64,000 nucleotides of DNA. Source: an uncultured Chloracidobacterium sp. Its GTDB lineage: Bacteria; Acidobacteriota; Blastocatellia; Pyrinomonadales; Pyrinomonadaceae. Position 1 is the first letter of the stretch. Every line of letters starts with the position of its first letter. The notes under the pieces are model-generated. The model ran no database searches, was not told where the DNA came from, and saw nothing but the letters and a program-made list of their open reading frames with translations. Shown here piece by piece: positions 56,198 through 64,000 of this stretch. Position numbers and translations under genes: made by a program. The stretch lies in contig CAZJFB010000001.1 of the NCBI GenBank assembly GCA_964545145.1, positions 27,616 through 91,615 on the forward strand. The letters run 5' to 3'.

Positions 56198-56216
56198 TCT
56201 GAACCCACCCCAATGC

Positions 56217-57152
56217 CTACTTTATCGATAGACGTTGTTGATTTGCTGACAATGCTTGTTGGTAAGAAGTTATCAGATTAGGAATAGCTATGCATGCGAT
56301 TATCAGCATAATCACGATTGCGAATATTCGTTCGACGAATACGATGTTCGCTTTTCGACGCTCTATCTCGAATAAAGCATATACAGATCTACAGATTCCA
56401 AAGAGGACATAGCCTGCGCCAAAAAAGGCGAGTATGAGAGTTGGAATCACCAGAAGCTTGAGAAGGTTACCTAGGCTGTTGGCGATAGGTTCAGGCCGTT
56501 CAACCGGAGGTGTATTATGGTACTCGCTATAACTAACACTAAGAATTCTAAGGATCTCAAAGAGCACAAGGTAAAGAAATACCATGATCGCTCCGCGGAG
56601 AACGAATTTTCCACCTCGCCGCAATCCCAGACTCCTTATTGATCGAACCTCGGACCTCGCCGTCTGGTCGACTGAGGTCTTCTCATCGGTTCTCACGGTG
56701 TCCACAATGACGGTTGGAAACTCAAATACCTCCGCCGTTGTTTCGTCGCTATAACGGAAAGCAGCAACGGTTCCCGATTTCCTTAGCTCCCCATTGAATC
56801 TATACCCGCGACGCCGAAGCGTTTCGATCATCGGACGGCCATCGGCAGCCTCGCCGAGGACCTTTCGCAGGACGTGAATGTTCTGGATCAGGTTCGATTC
56901 CTCAACGAAGGCATTGGGCCAAAGTCTGGTCATCAAGGCGTCCTTGCTGACGATCTCGCCGTGGTGCTCGATCAGAGCGAGTAACGTTTCGACCTGCTTC
57001 GGGGTAAGAGGAAGTTCTTCGCCGTCGATCTTCGAGAGCATCAGGTGCTCAGTGTCGAGCCTAAATCCCTCGAACTCATATACCGGCTCAACATCGCCTT
57101 TGAGGTTAATTTGAGGCGATTTTGATTTTAAATCTAACGACATCCCAAGCAA
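56217..57152 (-). CDS. ToxR/CadC-like membrane-bound winged-helix transcriptional regulator
   Basis: N-terminal OmpR/PhoB-type DNA-binding domain (FRLD...LTPKQVETLLALIEHHGEIVSKDALMTRLWP...RRGYRF). Three C-terminal TM helices, and the C-terminal coding part is AT-rich. Confidence 0.75.
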   Translation of the reverse strand: MLGMSLDLKSKSPQINLKGDVEPVYEFEGFRLDTEHLMLSKIDGEELPLTPKQVETLLALIEHHGEIVSKDALMTRLWPNAFVEESNLIQNIHVLRKVLGEAADGRPMIETLRRRGYRFNGELRKSGTVAAFRYSDETTAEVFEFPTVIVDTVRTDEKTSVDQTARSEVRSIRSLGLRRGGKFVLRGAIMVFLYLVLFEILRILSVSYSEYHNTPPVERPEPIANSLGNLLKLLVIPTLILAFFGAGYVLFGICRSVYALFEIERRKANIVFVERIFAIVIMLIIACIAIPNLITSYQQALSANQQRLSIK

Positions 57153-57283
57153 CTCCGGTTATGTTGAAGGCGTATCTGCCGGACAAGGAGCGAATAAGAC
57201 TTTTTGGAGCATTGTATGCCAAAAATGTGAAAAAGTCAGCATTTTTTATTAGTAAGTTAACCCCCAACAAAAAGGAGTCAAAC

Positions 57284-58654
57284 ATGACACATAATTCATC
57301 CTTTAAAACTATAGTCGTCGCGGTCTTGGCTGCGGTTCTGTCCCAGCCCATTGCTTCCATTGCAAATATCGAGGGTGTTGCAGCTGCAGGTGCTTTTTCG
57401 GGCTTCAGCGTACCACAAAATCTGGGTTCGCCGATCAATACAGCAGATAATGAAGAGCTCCCGACGATCTCACCTAACGGACTGAGCATGTATTTCAGCA
57501 GCAATCGGGCGGGTGGGCAGGGTGGTCTAGATATTTGGGTTTCGCAGCGGCCCACGCTTAGCTCGGCCTGGGGAACGCCCCAGAATCTGGGAGCGACCGT
57601 TAACACGGCCAGTGGTGACAATCTGGCCTCGATATCGCCAGACGGGCGTGAGATGTTCATGCACAGCAACCGTGCCGGCGGCACCGGCGGTGTTGATCTG
57701 TACGTCTCGACCCGAACTGATCCAAACAATGATCTCGGATGGACTGCCCCTGTAAATCTCGGCCCGGTTGTGAACTCGACACTGGCCGACCAGAACGCCA
57801 ACTACTTTGTCAATCCGGCGACCGGTGCGGGCACACTGTTCTTTGCCAGTGATCGAAGTAGCGGTACAACGGGCGTCAAAGACATATTCCAAAGCACGAG
57901 AAATGCCGATGGCACGTTCAATGTCCCGACCATCGTCAATGAGCTAAACAGCCCTGCAGACGAAGCGAGAACAGCGATCAGCCGCGACGGGCTCGAGATC
58001 TTCCTCAGCTCGAGTCGCTTGAGCACCGTGTTCGCTACATTCGTCTCAACGCGAGCGTCGATCAGTTCGCCATGGAACGCGCCGGTCCCATTGAACGGTC
58101 TCAACTCGGGTGGAAGCGCTGCCCAACCGGCCCTTTCGGCTGACGGAACTGTCCTCTATTTCACATCGAACAGGACTGGCGGTTCGGGAAATGGCGATCT
58201 CTATTCGGTGACGCGGGGCGCCGTTAATCGAACAGTCGCCGGAGATTTCGACGGCGATGGTCGCAGCGACATTAGCATCTTCCGTCCGTCGGATGGCAGT
58301 TGGTGGATCATGCAAAGTGGAACAAATACATTGAGCGTTCGACAGTTTGGCGTCGTCGGGGACAAAGTCGTAACCGGAGACTACGATGGTGATGGGCGAA
58401 CCGATCTAGGGCTATTTAGACCGTCTGATCGGAACTGGTACATCCATCGAAGCTCTGACAATGTCGTTTCGGTCACCAATTGGGGACTAGGAACTGATCG
58501 GCCGGTTCCGGGCGACTACGATGGCGATGGACGAACGGACATTGGCGTGTATAGGGACGGTGTCTGGTACATCATCTTTAGCTCGACCGGGCTGACTACT
58601 TATTTCACCTTTGGTGTCAGCAGCGATATACCGATTACCGGCATAGCTCAATAG
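57284..58654 (+). CDS. secreted PD40 (TolB-like) beta-propeller + FG-GAP/VCBS repeat protein
   Basis: AAGGAG 6 nt upstream of the ATG at 57284. PD40-like repeats (ISPNGLSMYFSSNRAGGQGGLDIWVS and others). Three GD(F/Y)DGDGR(S/T)D repeats. Confidence 0.75.
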   Translation: MTHNSSFKTIVVAVLAAVLSQPIASIANIEGVAAAGAFSGFSVPQNLGSPINTADNEELPTISPNGLSMYFSSNRAGGQGGLDIWVSQRPTLSSAWGTPQNLGATVNTASGDNLASISPDGREMFMHSNRAGGTGGVDLYVSTRTDPNNDLGWTAPVNLGPVVNSTLADQNANYFVNPATGAGTLFFASDRSSGTTGVKDIFQSTRNADGTFNVPTIVNELNSPADEARTAISRDGLEIFLSSSRLSTVFATFVSTRASISSPWNAPVPLNGLNSGGSAAQPALSADGTVLYFTSNRTGGSGNGDLYSVTRGAVNRTVAGDFDGDGRSDISIFRPSDGSWWIMQSGTNTLSVRQFGVVGDKVVTGDYDGDGRTDLGLFRPSDRNWYIHRSSDNVVSVTNWGLGTDRPVPGDYDGDGRTDIGVYRDGVWYIIFSSTGLTTYFTFGVSSDIPITGIAQ

Positions 58655-58678
58655 AAACACTTGAGCCAAGGAGACCTT

Positions 58679-59845
58679 ATGATCGGATATTGCGCCTTTC
58701 TAATCCTGACCATCACCAGCGTCTTTCCACTTGGGGCCCAAACGTCGCCAGGAGCGGGAAATGGAAAGATCGTGTTTTCAAGTTCGCGTGACGGAAACCG
58801 GGAGATCTATACCATCGAACCGAATGGCGTCGGTTTGATGCGATTGACCAGCAACAACGAATTTGACGGATATCCTTCATTTTCGCCAAACGGCCGAAAG
58901 ATAGCCTACTTAAATGTCGTTTACCGTGGATCGCTCTTCGTCTTCACGATCAAGACCATGAACGCAGACGGTTCCGATCAACAATTTGTAACGGAGGTAG
59001 ATTTTGGTGGATCCCATCGCCAGGACTTTGGAATGGACTGGTCACCTGACGGCGAAAAGCTTGCTTTTCCTTCGAACGGAGACATATGGACAATTAACAT
59101 TGACGGGACTTGCCTGACAAATCTCACCAACTCAGTGCACGAGGACGGGGAACCCTCCTTTTCACCGGACGGCAGTACTATAGCTTTCTCCACGGATCGA
59201 TTCAACAACGGGATGCCGGATATTCACTTGATGAATTCCGATGGGTCCGCACTTAGGCCCTTCACGACCTATGGCGGGGCAAATCTTATCTACGTGAACC
59301 CCAAATGGTCACCAAACGGGAATCAGATCGCATTTTTGGGCAATGACCCGTATCTCTTTGCGGACGAGGGCCGACTGATCGTCCGAGACGCGACCGGCGG
59401 ACCATATCTTGACCTGCTTCCTTATACCTCGACAGGTATTGCCTGGTCGCCTGATGGTACGCGGATACTCGTGTCTTATGGAAACGAGGAAAATATCTGG
59501 GGACTCTATACTGTTGACCGATCTGGCGGTACTCCCTCGTTGCTTTACGTTGGCAGCCTCAATTCACCTGATCCCGACTGGGCCCCCGCAACGACAGGAG
59601 GTGTATCGGGGAGGATCAAGGATCCGCAAGAGCAAGGCCTGCGTAATGCACGTGTCACGCTGACATCGCAGCAAGGAATCACCTGGTCGACCACCACATC
59701 TTCCTTCGGGTACTTCAGTTTTGAAGACTTACAAACTTTCGAAAATTACACGATTACCGTTAGATCGAAACGTTATCGTTTCGCACCTCACAACATAATG
59801 CTGCTGAGTGATCTTTCCGACATAGAACTAACTGGGTCGGAGTGA
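58679..59845 (+). CDS. secreted PD40 beta-propeller protein with C-terminal carboxypeptidase-regulatory-like domain
   Basis: AAGGAG upstream of the ATG at 58679. Repeated (F/W)SP(N/D)G motifs. C-terminal GRIKD...ARVTLTS...FGYFSFEDL. Confidence 0.75.
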   Translation: MIGYCAFLILTITSVFPLGAQTSPGAGNGKIVFSSSRDGNREIYTIEPNGVGLMRLTSNNEFDGYPSFSPNGRKIAYLNVVYRGSLFVFTIKTMNADGSDQQFVTEVDFGGSHRQDFGMDWSPDGEKLAFPSNGDIWTINIDGTCLTNLTNSVHEDGEPSFSPDGSTIAFSTDRFNNGMPDIHLMNSDGSALRPFTTYGGANLIYVNPKWSPNGNQIAFLGNDPYLFADEGRLIVRDATGGPYLDLLPYTSTGIAWSPDGTRILVSYGNEENIWGLYTVDRSGGTPSLLYVGSLNSPDPDWAPATTGGVSGRIKDPQEQGLRNARVTLTSQQGITWSTTTSSFGYFSFEDLQTFENYTITVRSKRYRFAPHNIMLLSDLSDIELTGSE

Positions 59846-59881
59846 TCCTTATGCACATGATCAAATAAAGGAGAAACAACA

Positions 59882-61189
59882 ATGAGATCAAAGTTCCTGC
59901 ACCTTCTAGTTCTATGCATATACTCGGCGTCCGCAAATCTGTATGCTCAGGGCAATCAGGCCAGCGACCGAGAGATCCCGGGAGAGGAGATCGTCCTTCA
60001 ATGGAATCGAGTTCTCACACAGACCCTTGCCATCTCTGGTCAGCACCCCACAACGGTACGCATCCAGCGAAGCTATGCGGTGATGCACTTGGCAATGTTC
60101 GATGCCATCAATTCTGTTGACGGCAATTTCACCCCGTACCTTACGAAGGTGCCCAGCGCCGGGGCCTCATCGCGCGCCGCGGCGGCGTTTGCGGCACACG
60201 GGGTTCTCTCGAGCTTGTATCCTTCGCGGGTAGCAGTATTCGATGCTGAGTTGGCAGATTCATTGATCGGCGTTCCCAATAATGGTGCCGTCGCCGGTCG
60301 TCAGATAGGGATTCTTTGTGCCCAGCGTATGCTGGCTAATCGAGCAAACGACGGCTGGAATGTAACCCCGCCTCCATATATTCTCCCAACCACCCCGGGA
60401 AACTGGCAACCCACCCCTCCTGGAAACGCGGCGGCTTCGCTCACCCATTTTCGAGGCGTCACACCATTTACGATGTTTCAAAATACTCAGTTTCTGCCGG
60501 TTCCGCCTCCGACGTTGACCAGTTACGAGTATGCGGCAGAAGTGAACGAGGTAAAGACCCTCGGCTCCGCTACCGGATCGTCCCGCACGGACGAACAAAC
60601 GCAGACGGCGCAACTCTGGGCCTCCGGAACAACAAGCGAGGTTTACCTCAACGACCTCATTCGCAATATGGCGATCAGCCGAAACCTTTCCGTATCGCAG
60701 AATGCCCGACTTTTCGCCCTTGTCTATATGGCTTCGCATGATGCGCTTCAGACAACGAACACGACGCAATACACATACGGAAGATGGCGTCCGATTACAG
60801 CCATACGACGGGCCGATGAAGACGGCAATCCCGGAACAACTGCCGATGCAAATTGGTTGTCATTGATCAACGCGCCAGCTACTCCCACTTACTCGTCGAA
60901 TGCTTCTGCCCTGACGTCTACTCCGGCGCGATTGTTATCGCTGTTCTTCGGTCGGGACGACATACCTTTTCAGATCAACTTTGGCGGTACGCCAAATGTT
61001 ATCCGGAGCTACTTAAGCTTCTCGGCAATGACAAATGAGGCCGCGCTAAGTCGCATTTACGCTGGAATACACTTTCGCAGCGATATAAACGCCGGTCAGA
61101 TCGCCGGCAATAATGTTGCGACCTACGTGTTTCTCAACTATCTGAGGCCCATTGAGTGCAAAGATCTCGCCAGCGACTCAAGCCCCTGA
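59882..61189 (+). CDS. secreted PAP2 / vanadium-haloperoxidase-like protein (two of three motifs degenerate)
   Basis: Signal peptide. Motif 3 is intact (SRIYAGIHFRSDINAG). Where PxYxSGH is expected the sequence reads PTYSSNA, and the Lys of KxxxxxxRP is Gln (QYTYGRWRP). Confidence 0.75.
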   Translation: MRSKFLHLLVLCIYSASANLYAQGNQASDREIPGEEIVLQWNRVLTQTLAISGQHPTTVRIQRSYAVMHLAMFDAINSVDGNFTPYLTKVPSAGASSRAAAAFAAHGVLSSLYPSRVAVFDAELADSLIGVPNNGAVAGRQIGILCAQRMLANRANDGWNVTPPPYILPTTPGNWQPTPPGNAAASLTHFRGVTPFTMFQNTQFLPVPPPTLTSYEYAAEVNEVKTLGSATGSSRTDEQTQTAQLWASGTTSEVYLNDLIRNMAISRNLSVSQNARLFALVYMASHDALQTTNTTQYTYGRWRPITAIRRADEDGNPGTTADANWLSLINAPATPTYSSNASALTSTPARLLSLFFGRDDIPFQINFGGTPNVIRSYLSFSAMTNEAALSRIYAGIHFRSDINAGQIAGNNVATYVFLNYLRPIECKDLASDSSP

Positions 61190-61199
61190 CCGGGGCGAC

Positions 61200-61511
61200 C
61201 GGCTTCCTCTAGACCTCGCAGAAAGGAAGGTTGGACAGATTGGCTAAAGTGGTCTTCCCCTTGACTGAGCGGCGCACTCAGTGGAGCCAAGGCAACCTCG
61301 GCGTCTGTACTGTGGCACGCGTTCTTTTGCGTGACGGGGGGGTATGCGCTCCCCTGGATCGAGAGAACCGATCCCGACGTTGAGAACCACCCTCCGGGCT
61401 ACCGCCATACCGCTCCTTCGGAGGGAGGGGGGCAGCGATGGCTTAACGCCGTAGATCGGCACGCGGACTAAGTGCACAATTTCGTGGATCTTGCCCGTTC
61501 TGCTCCCACCA
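61200..61511. ncRNA. hairpin-dense GC-rich non-coding stretch; candidate structured RNA of unknown class
   Basis: No credible ORF. At least six local stems: 61203-08/61224-29, 61264-69/61277-82, 61316-20/61329-33, 61339-42/61351-54, 61356-61/61369-74, 61390-95/61424-29, plus a nested CTCC-ttc-GGAG. It ends in ...TGCTCCCACCA. Strand and class are undetermined. Confidence 0.3.
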
Positions 61512-61521
61512 ACACCTAGTT

Positions 61522-61594
61522 CTGGTCACATACAATACCCGTTGGGTCACCGGAAATCGCCGTTGTGTCATCATAAACACCCGGTTGTGTCACC
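61522..61594. repeat. second iteron array (same motif as 42460-42539, opposite orientation)
   Basis: On the minus strand: GGTGACACAACCGGG (61594-61580), GATGACACAACGG (61572-61560), GGTGACCCAACGGG (61551-61538), and a degenerate GTGACCAG (61529-61522). Spacing is 22, 21 and 21 bp. Confidence 0.8.
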
Positions 61595-61758
61595 ATGTTT
61601 TAGTGCGCCGTTCCCGGAAATGGACCGGTCGCCGTGGTGGCGGTTCGCGGCATCTATAGCGTGATCGCGTTCAAACCGACAGTCGCAGCGATGGCGGCGA
61701 CGGCACACCCTGATCACAACGCACGGCTGACGGCCACCGGTGCGGTGAAATTTTTCTC

Positions 61759-61787
61759 TTGACATCTCGCTCAATGTGTGCTATCTA
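61759..61787 (+). promoter_or_regulatory. sigma70-like promoter for the 61825-62310 gene
   Basis: TTGACA (61759-61764), a 17-nt spacer, then TATCTA (61782-61787). AAGGAG lies 8 nt before the ATG at 61825. Confidence 0.55.
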
Positions 61788-61824
61788 TGCAACAGCCTAT
61801 TATATATGCAAAGGAGATAGCCAA

Positions 61825-62310
61825 ATGGCCACAATATGGAAAACCTATCGCGGCGGGCCGACAAAGGCTCCCGCAACTGTCGTAAACATTTCGATCAACA
61901 GCAAGAACGTCATTACGCTTAACCGCCAAGCGTACGAATTGATCAGCCGTGCCGAGTCGGCCGTGCTGCTGTTTGACGACAAGAACAGCGTGATCGGCAT
62001 CGTACCGGCAAACCACAAGAATGCCGAGGCATTCCCCGTGAGGCCCAAGAACGAAGGGAATTGGATCATCAACGCCGCACCATTTTGCCGGCACTTTCGG
62101 ATCTCGGTGGACCGGACCGAGCGGTTTGACGACCCCCAGGTAGATAACGAGGGAATTTTACACCTCGACCTGAAGCGCACGCACAACGTCAGCCTGAAAC
62201 GCGGCCGCCGCCAAAAGGCCGACCCGTCCCCAAACCAATATGCGGGCAGATCAGGCGGCTCTGTTGCCGAGCTTGAACCAGCTCGCGATGAACAAAACGC
62301 CAAGCAGTAG
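61825..62310 (+). CDS. small hypothetical protein, paralogue B of 41782-42186
   Basis: The ATG at 61825 has a good SD (the ORF-track start at 61759 falls on the -35 box). It is alignable to paralogue A and has a basic/disordered C-terminal tail. Confidence 0.6.
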   Translation: MATIWKTYRGGPTKAPATVVNISINSKNVITLNRQAYELISRAESAVLLFDDKNSVIGIVPANHKNAEAFPVRPKNEGNWIINAAPFCRHFRISVDRTERFDDPQVDNEGILHLDLKRTHNVSLKRGRRQKADPSPNQYAGRSGGSVAELEPARDEQNAKQ

Positions 62311-62625
62311 ATCGATCATGCCGGCGGCAAACATCTCGACGCCGAGGCGGCCCGCGGCAAAGAGCACCGCTGCCGCTATGGCAAAGCTGAATTTCTCGAC
62401 GATAGACGGCAGGATCATCAGCCGATATTTTACGGGGTCGCGGCTGATGATCAGAAATACGATCTGAAAAGCCACGGCAACTCCGACAAAACCGTAAAAG
62501 AACTCGGGATGCGTTATCGCGGGCGGGTTATCCGCACCGATCTTGTTCTCAAGAAAGTACTGCGGCAGCAGGACCAGCAGCCCATAGATACCGGCCGTGA
62601 GGAATGTATATTTTGCGAACTTCAT
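62251..62625 (-). CDS. small 4-TM membrane protein, unknown function
   Basis: 124 aa with four hydrophobic helices. Its 3' end overlaps the convergent 61825-62310 ORF by 60 nt. Confidence 0.55.
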   Translation of the reverse strand: MKFAKYTFLTAGIYGLLVLLPQYFLENKIGADNPPAITHPEFFYGFVGVAVAFQIVFLIISRDPVKYRLMILPSIVEKFSFAIAAAVLFAAGRLGVEMFAAGMIDLLLGVLFIASWFKLGNRAA

Positions 62626-62676
62626 GTTTCGCCTCCACCTGTAATAGCGAGATCCAGACGATCGCGGTATCAGTCT

Positions 62677-64000
62677 CTATCTGGATATAACCTCAAAATC
62701 TATCCATTGAGACGAGGTCGCTCCTTTTGCGCCTGCGGCAAGGTCGGTGACGATGACCTGTATGGCGTAATCGCCTGGGTCGGTATTCTTGGCAAGCTGC
62801 ATGTACGAGAACGAGTCTATTCGCGTCAGGTCTTTGGCGTCCGAGACGTCGACCTCCTGCGGTTTGCCCTCAACAATTAACTTTCCGCCCTGGTACAGAT
62901 TGACGCGGACCGAGACCCGCGGCTTGCCCTGCTCGAGCTTTGCGTTATAGATCGTGTAAAGATAGGCGACGATCGAGCCGGGCGAGAATTTCCGGATAGC
63001 GGGTATCTCGCCCGACGTCGGCAGGGTGATCGCCGTCTCGGGCGTCGGTGCCTTTGGCGTGTCAAAGCGGCCTGCCGAATCGACGCCGGTCACAGTGAGG
63101 CCCGACAAATAGAGCCCCGAGCGTTTTAGGTCGGGAATGGTCACGACCTGGCTTGCCGAACCTATACCGCGGCTGTTGCCGTCGCGAACTGCTACGCGGA
63201 AGGTGTAAGTACCGGGCTTCTTTACCGGAACGTCTGCCGAGTAAACGAGGCCGCGTTCCTTGATGATCGCGGCTGTGTTCGCGTCAAATTTGACGGTATG
63301 CGTCCGCGTAAATTCGTCGACCACCTCGTTTTTCTCGTTCATGGTAACGGCAACGACGTCGAGCACGACCTTTTTCATGCCGTTCGGCTCATCCGCAAAT
63401 GTGATCTCGTCGCCATTCAGATGAAATGTCGAGCGTACCAGGTCGCTGGCGTAGAGCGTGTTGGCAAAGTACGCCGACAGGCCGACCGAAAATCCTGGCC
63501 GCGGCAGCGGGGCAGCTATTGCCTCGTAAAGGTCGCTGTCAGCGGATCGACGCTTCACCGGCTTTGCCGCCTCGTCTGGAACGCCCACATAGCCCGACCG
63601 GTAACCGACCTTAAGGTCAGGCACCTTTACCTTGACCTCGATAGAATTGAATTTTTTGCTCTTGAACGAATCATCCGCCGGTTCATAAGCAAGGAGGTAA
63701 TAGCCCGTCTCTCGCCGCAGTATCTCACCCATCGGCCGGTCCAGCAGGTCTTGTCCCTGATAAAACTCGCCGCCGGTCTCGTAAGCAAGCGCCGCGAGGC
63801 CGTCCTGCTGCCGCGCCGCATCGGCAATGCGTCCATCGGAGATCGCCTTGGTCGCGTTAAAGTCGTCGCGAACGTAAACCTCGTCTTTTGACTCGATCAT
63901 TCCCGGAACGTTTGCCCCGCGTATGTCAAATGTATTGACCACGACACCGGCCCGGTTGGCTGCGTCGGTCACCTCGCGCATCGCCTCGCGGGCACTGAGC
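62677..64000 (-). CDS. VWA-domain protein of the acidobacterial VWFA type (N-terminus outside the window)
   Basis: C-terminal part of a VWA fold (VNTFDIRG...LAALAYETGGEFY...GYYLLAYEP) followed by beta-rich domains. The ORF probably continues past 64000. Confidence 0.8.
   Translation of the reverse strand, partial: LSAREAMREVTDAANRAGVVVNTFDIRGANVPGMIESKDEVYVRDDFNATKAISDGRIADAARQQDGLAALAYETGGEFYQGQDLLDRPMGEILRRETGYYLLAYEPADDSFKSKKFNSIEVKVKVPDLKVGYRSGYVGVPDEAAKPVKRRSADSDLYEAIAAPLPRPGFSVGLSAYFANTLYASDLVRSTFHLNGDEITFADEPNGMKKVVLDVVAVTMNEKNEVVDEFTRTHTVKFDANTAAIIKERGLVYSADVPVKKPGTYTFRVAVRDGNSRGIGSASQVVTIPDLKRSGLYLSGLTVTGVDSAGRFDTPKAPTPETAITLPTSGEIPAIRKFSPGSIVAYLYTIYNAKLEQGKPRVSVRVNLYQGGKLIVEGKPQEVDVSDAKDLTRIDSFSYMQLAKNTDPGDYAIQVIVTDLAAGAKGATSSQWIDFEVISR

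Noticed and set aside
57106-57801. 231-aa minus-strand ORF overlapping the regulator start and the PD40/FG-GAP gene
   Set aside because: It overlaps two better-supported genes. It has Pro/Ser/Ala-rich shadow-frame composition and no SD.
61428-61511. tRNA or tmRNA 3' domain (GGGGGCA / TGCTCCC + ACCA acceptor-like pairing; GACTAAG and AATTTCG resemble the tmRNA 3' region)
   Set aside because: I could not fold a D-arm, an anticodon loop with U33, or a GTTCRANYC T-arm, and there is no tag reading frame ending in Ala-Ala-stop. At best it is a decayed remnant. The 8-mer GACTAAGT shared with 42577 is short enough to be chance.
42187-61824. The two inverted modules as the ends of a 19-kb composite mobile element
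   Set aside because: The interior is mostly housekeeping (ttcA, mscL, mnmA, aat, MATE) with host-like GC, and there is no integrase or transposase. Only sub-blocks look acquired.

Overview
GC-rich bacterial chromosomal window (high-50s % GC by eye). It is most plausibly from an Acidobacteriota-like soil organism, inferred from an acidobacterial-type VWA protein, DUF1501 and many secreted TPR/PD40/FG-GAP proteins. I call about 53 protein genes and recognise no rRNA, tRNA, CRISPR array, transposase or integrase.

Layout, in order:
- argG.
- An almost gap-free 14-kb minus-strand string: ileS, two small secreted proteins, lspA, lgt, rluD, GH20, GH29, GH33, GH92 (a secreted glycan-trimming set).
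- clpS.
- A 1166-aa GH18-like/CE4 deacetylase/GT2 synthase fusion, divergent from a TPR-sigma54 activator.
- nifS.
- A nucleotide-signalling neighbourhood: FHA-GAF-class III cyclase, an MreB paralogue, cdaA-cdaR.
- Hydrolases, TPR proteins and an M48 peptidase.
- A membrane-anchored WGR-PARP homologue preceded by a small unknown gene and a repeat-rich 440-bp region.
- Housekeeping genes ttcA, bactofilin, mscL, mnmA, aat.
- An SGNH-ceramidase-SGNH operon.
- A sharply AT-rich two-gene insert: a TcmP-like Rossmann protein plus a Gp37/Gp68 DUF5131 three-Cys protein.
- A ToxR-like regulator with secreted beta-propeller/FG-GAP proteins and a degenerate haloperoxidase-like protein.
- A roughly 300-bp hairpin-dense non-coding stretch.
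- A second, inverted copy of the iteron + small-gene module.

Best candidates for something undescribed:
1. The low-GC TcmP/DUF5131 pair.
2. The TM-WGR-PARP with its iteron-associated small partner, and the duplicated module.
3. An in-frame 63-bp palindromic element inside the GH92 gene.

All coordinates were counted by hand. Functions come from motif recognition and memory of protein families, not from searches.
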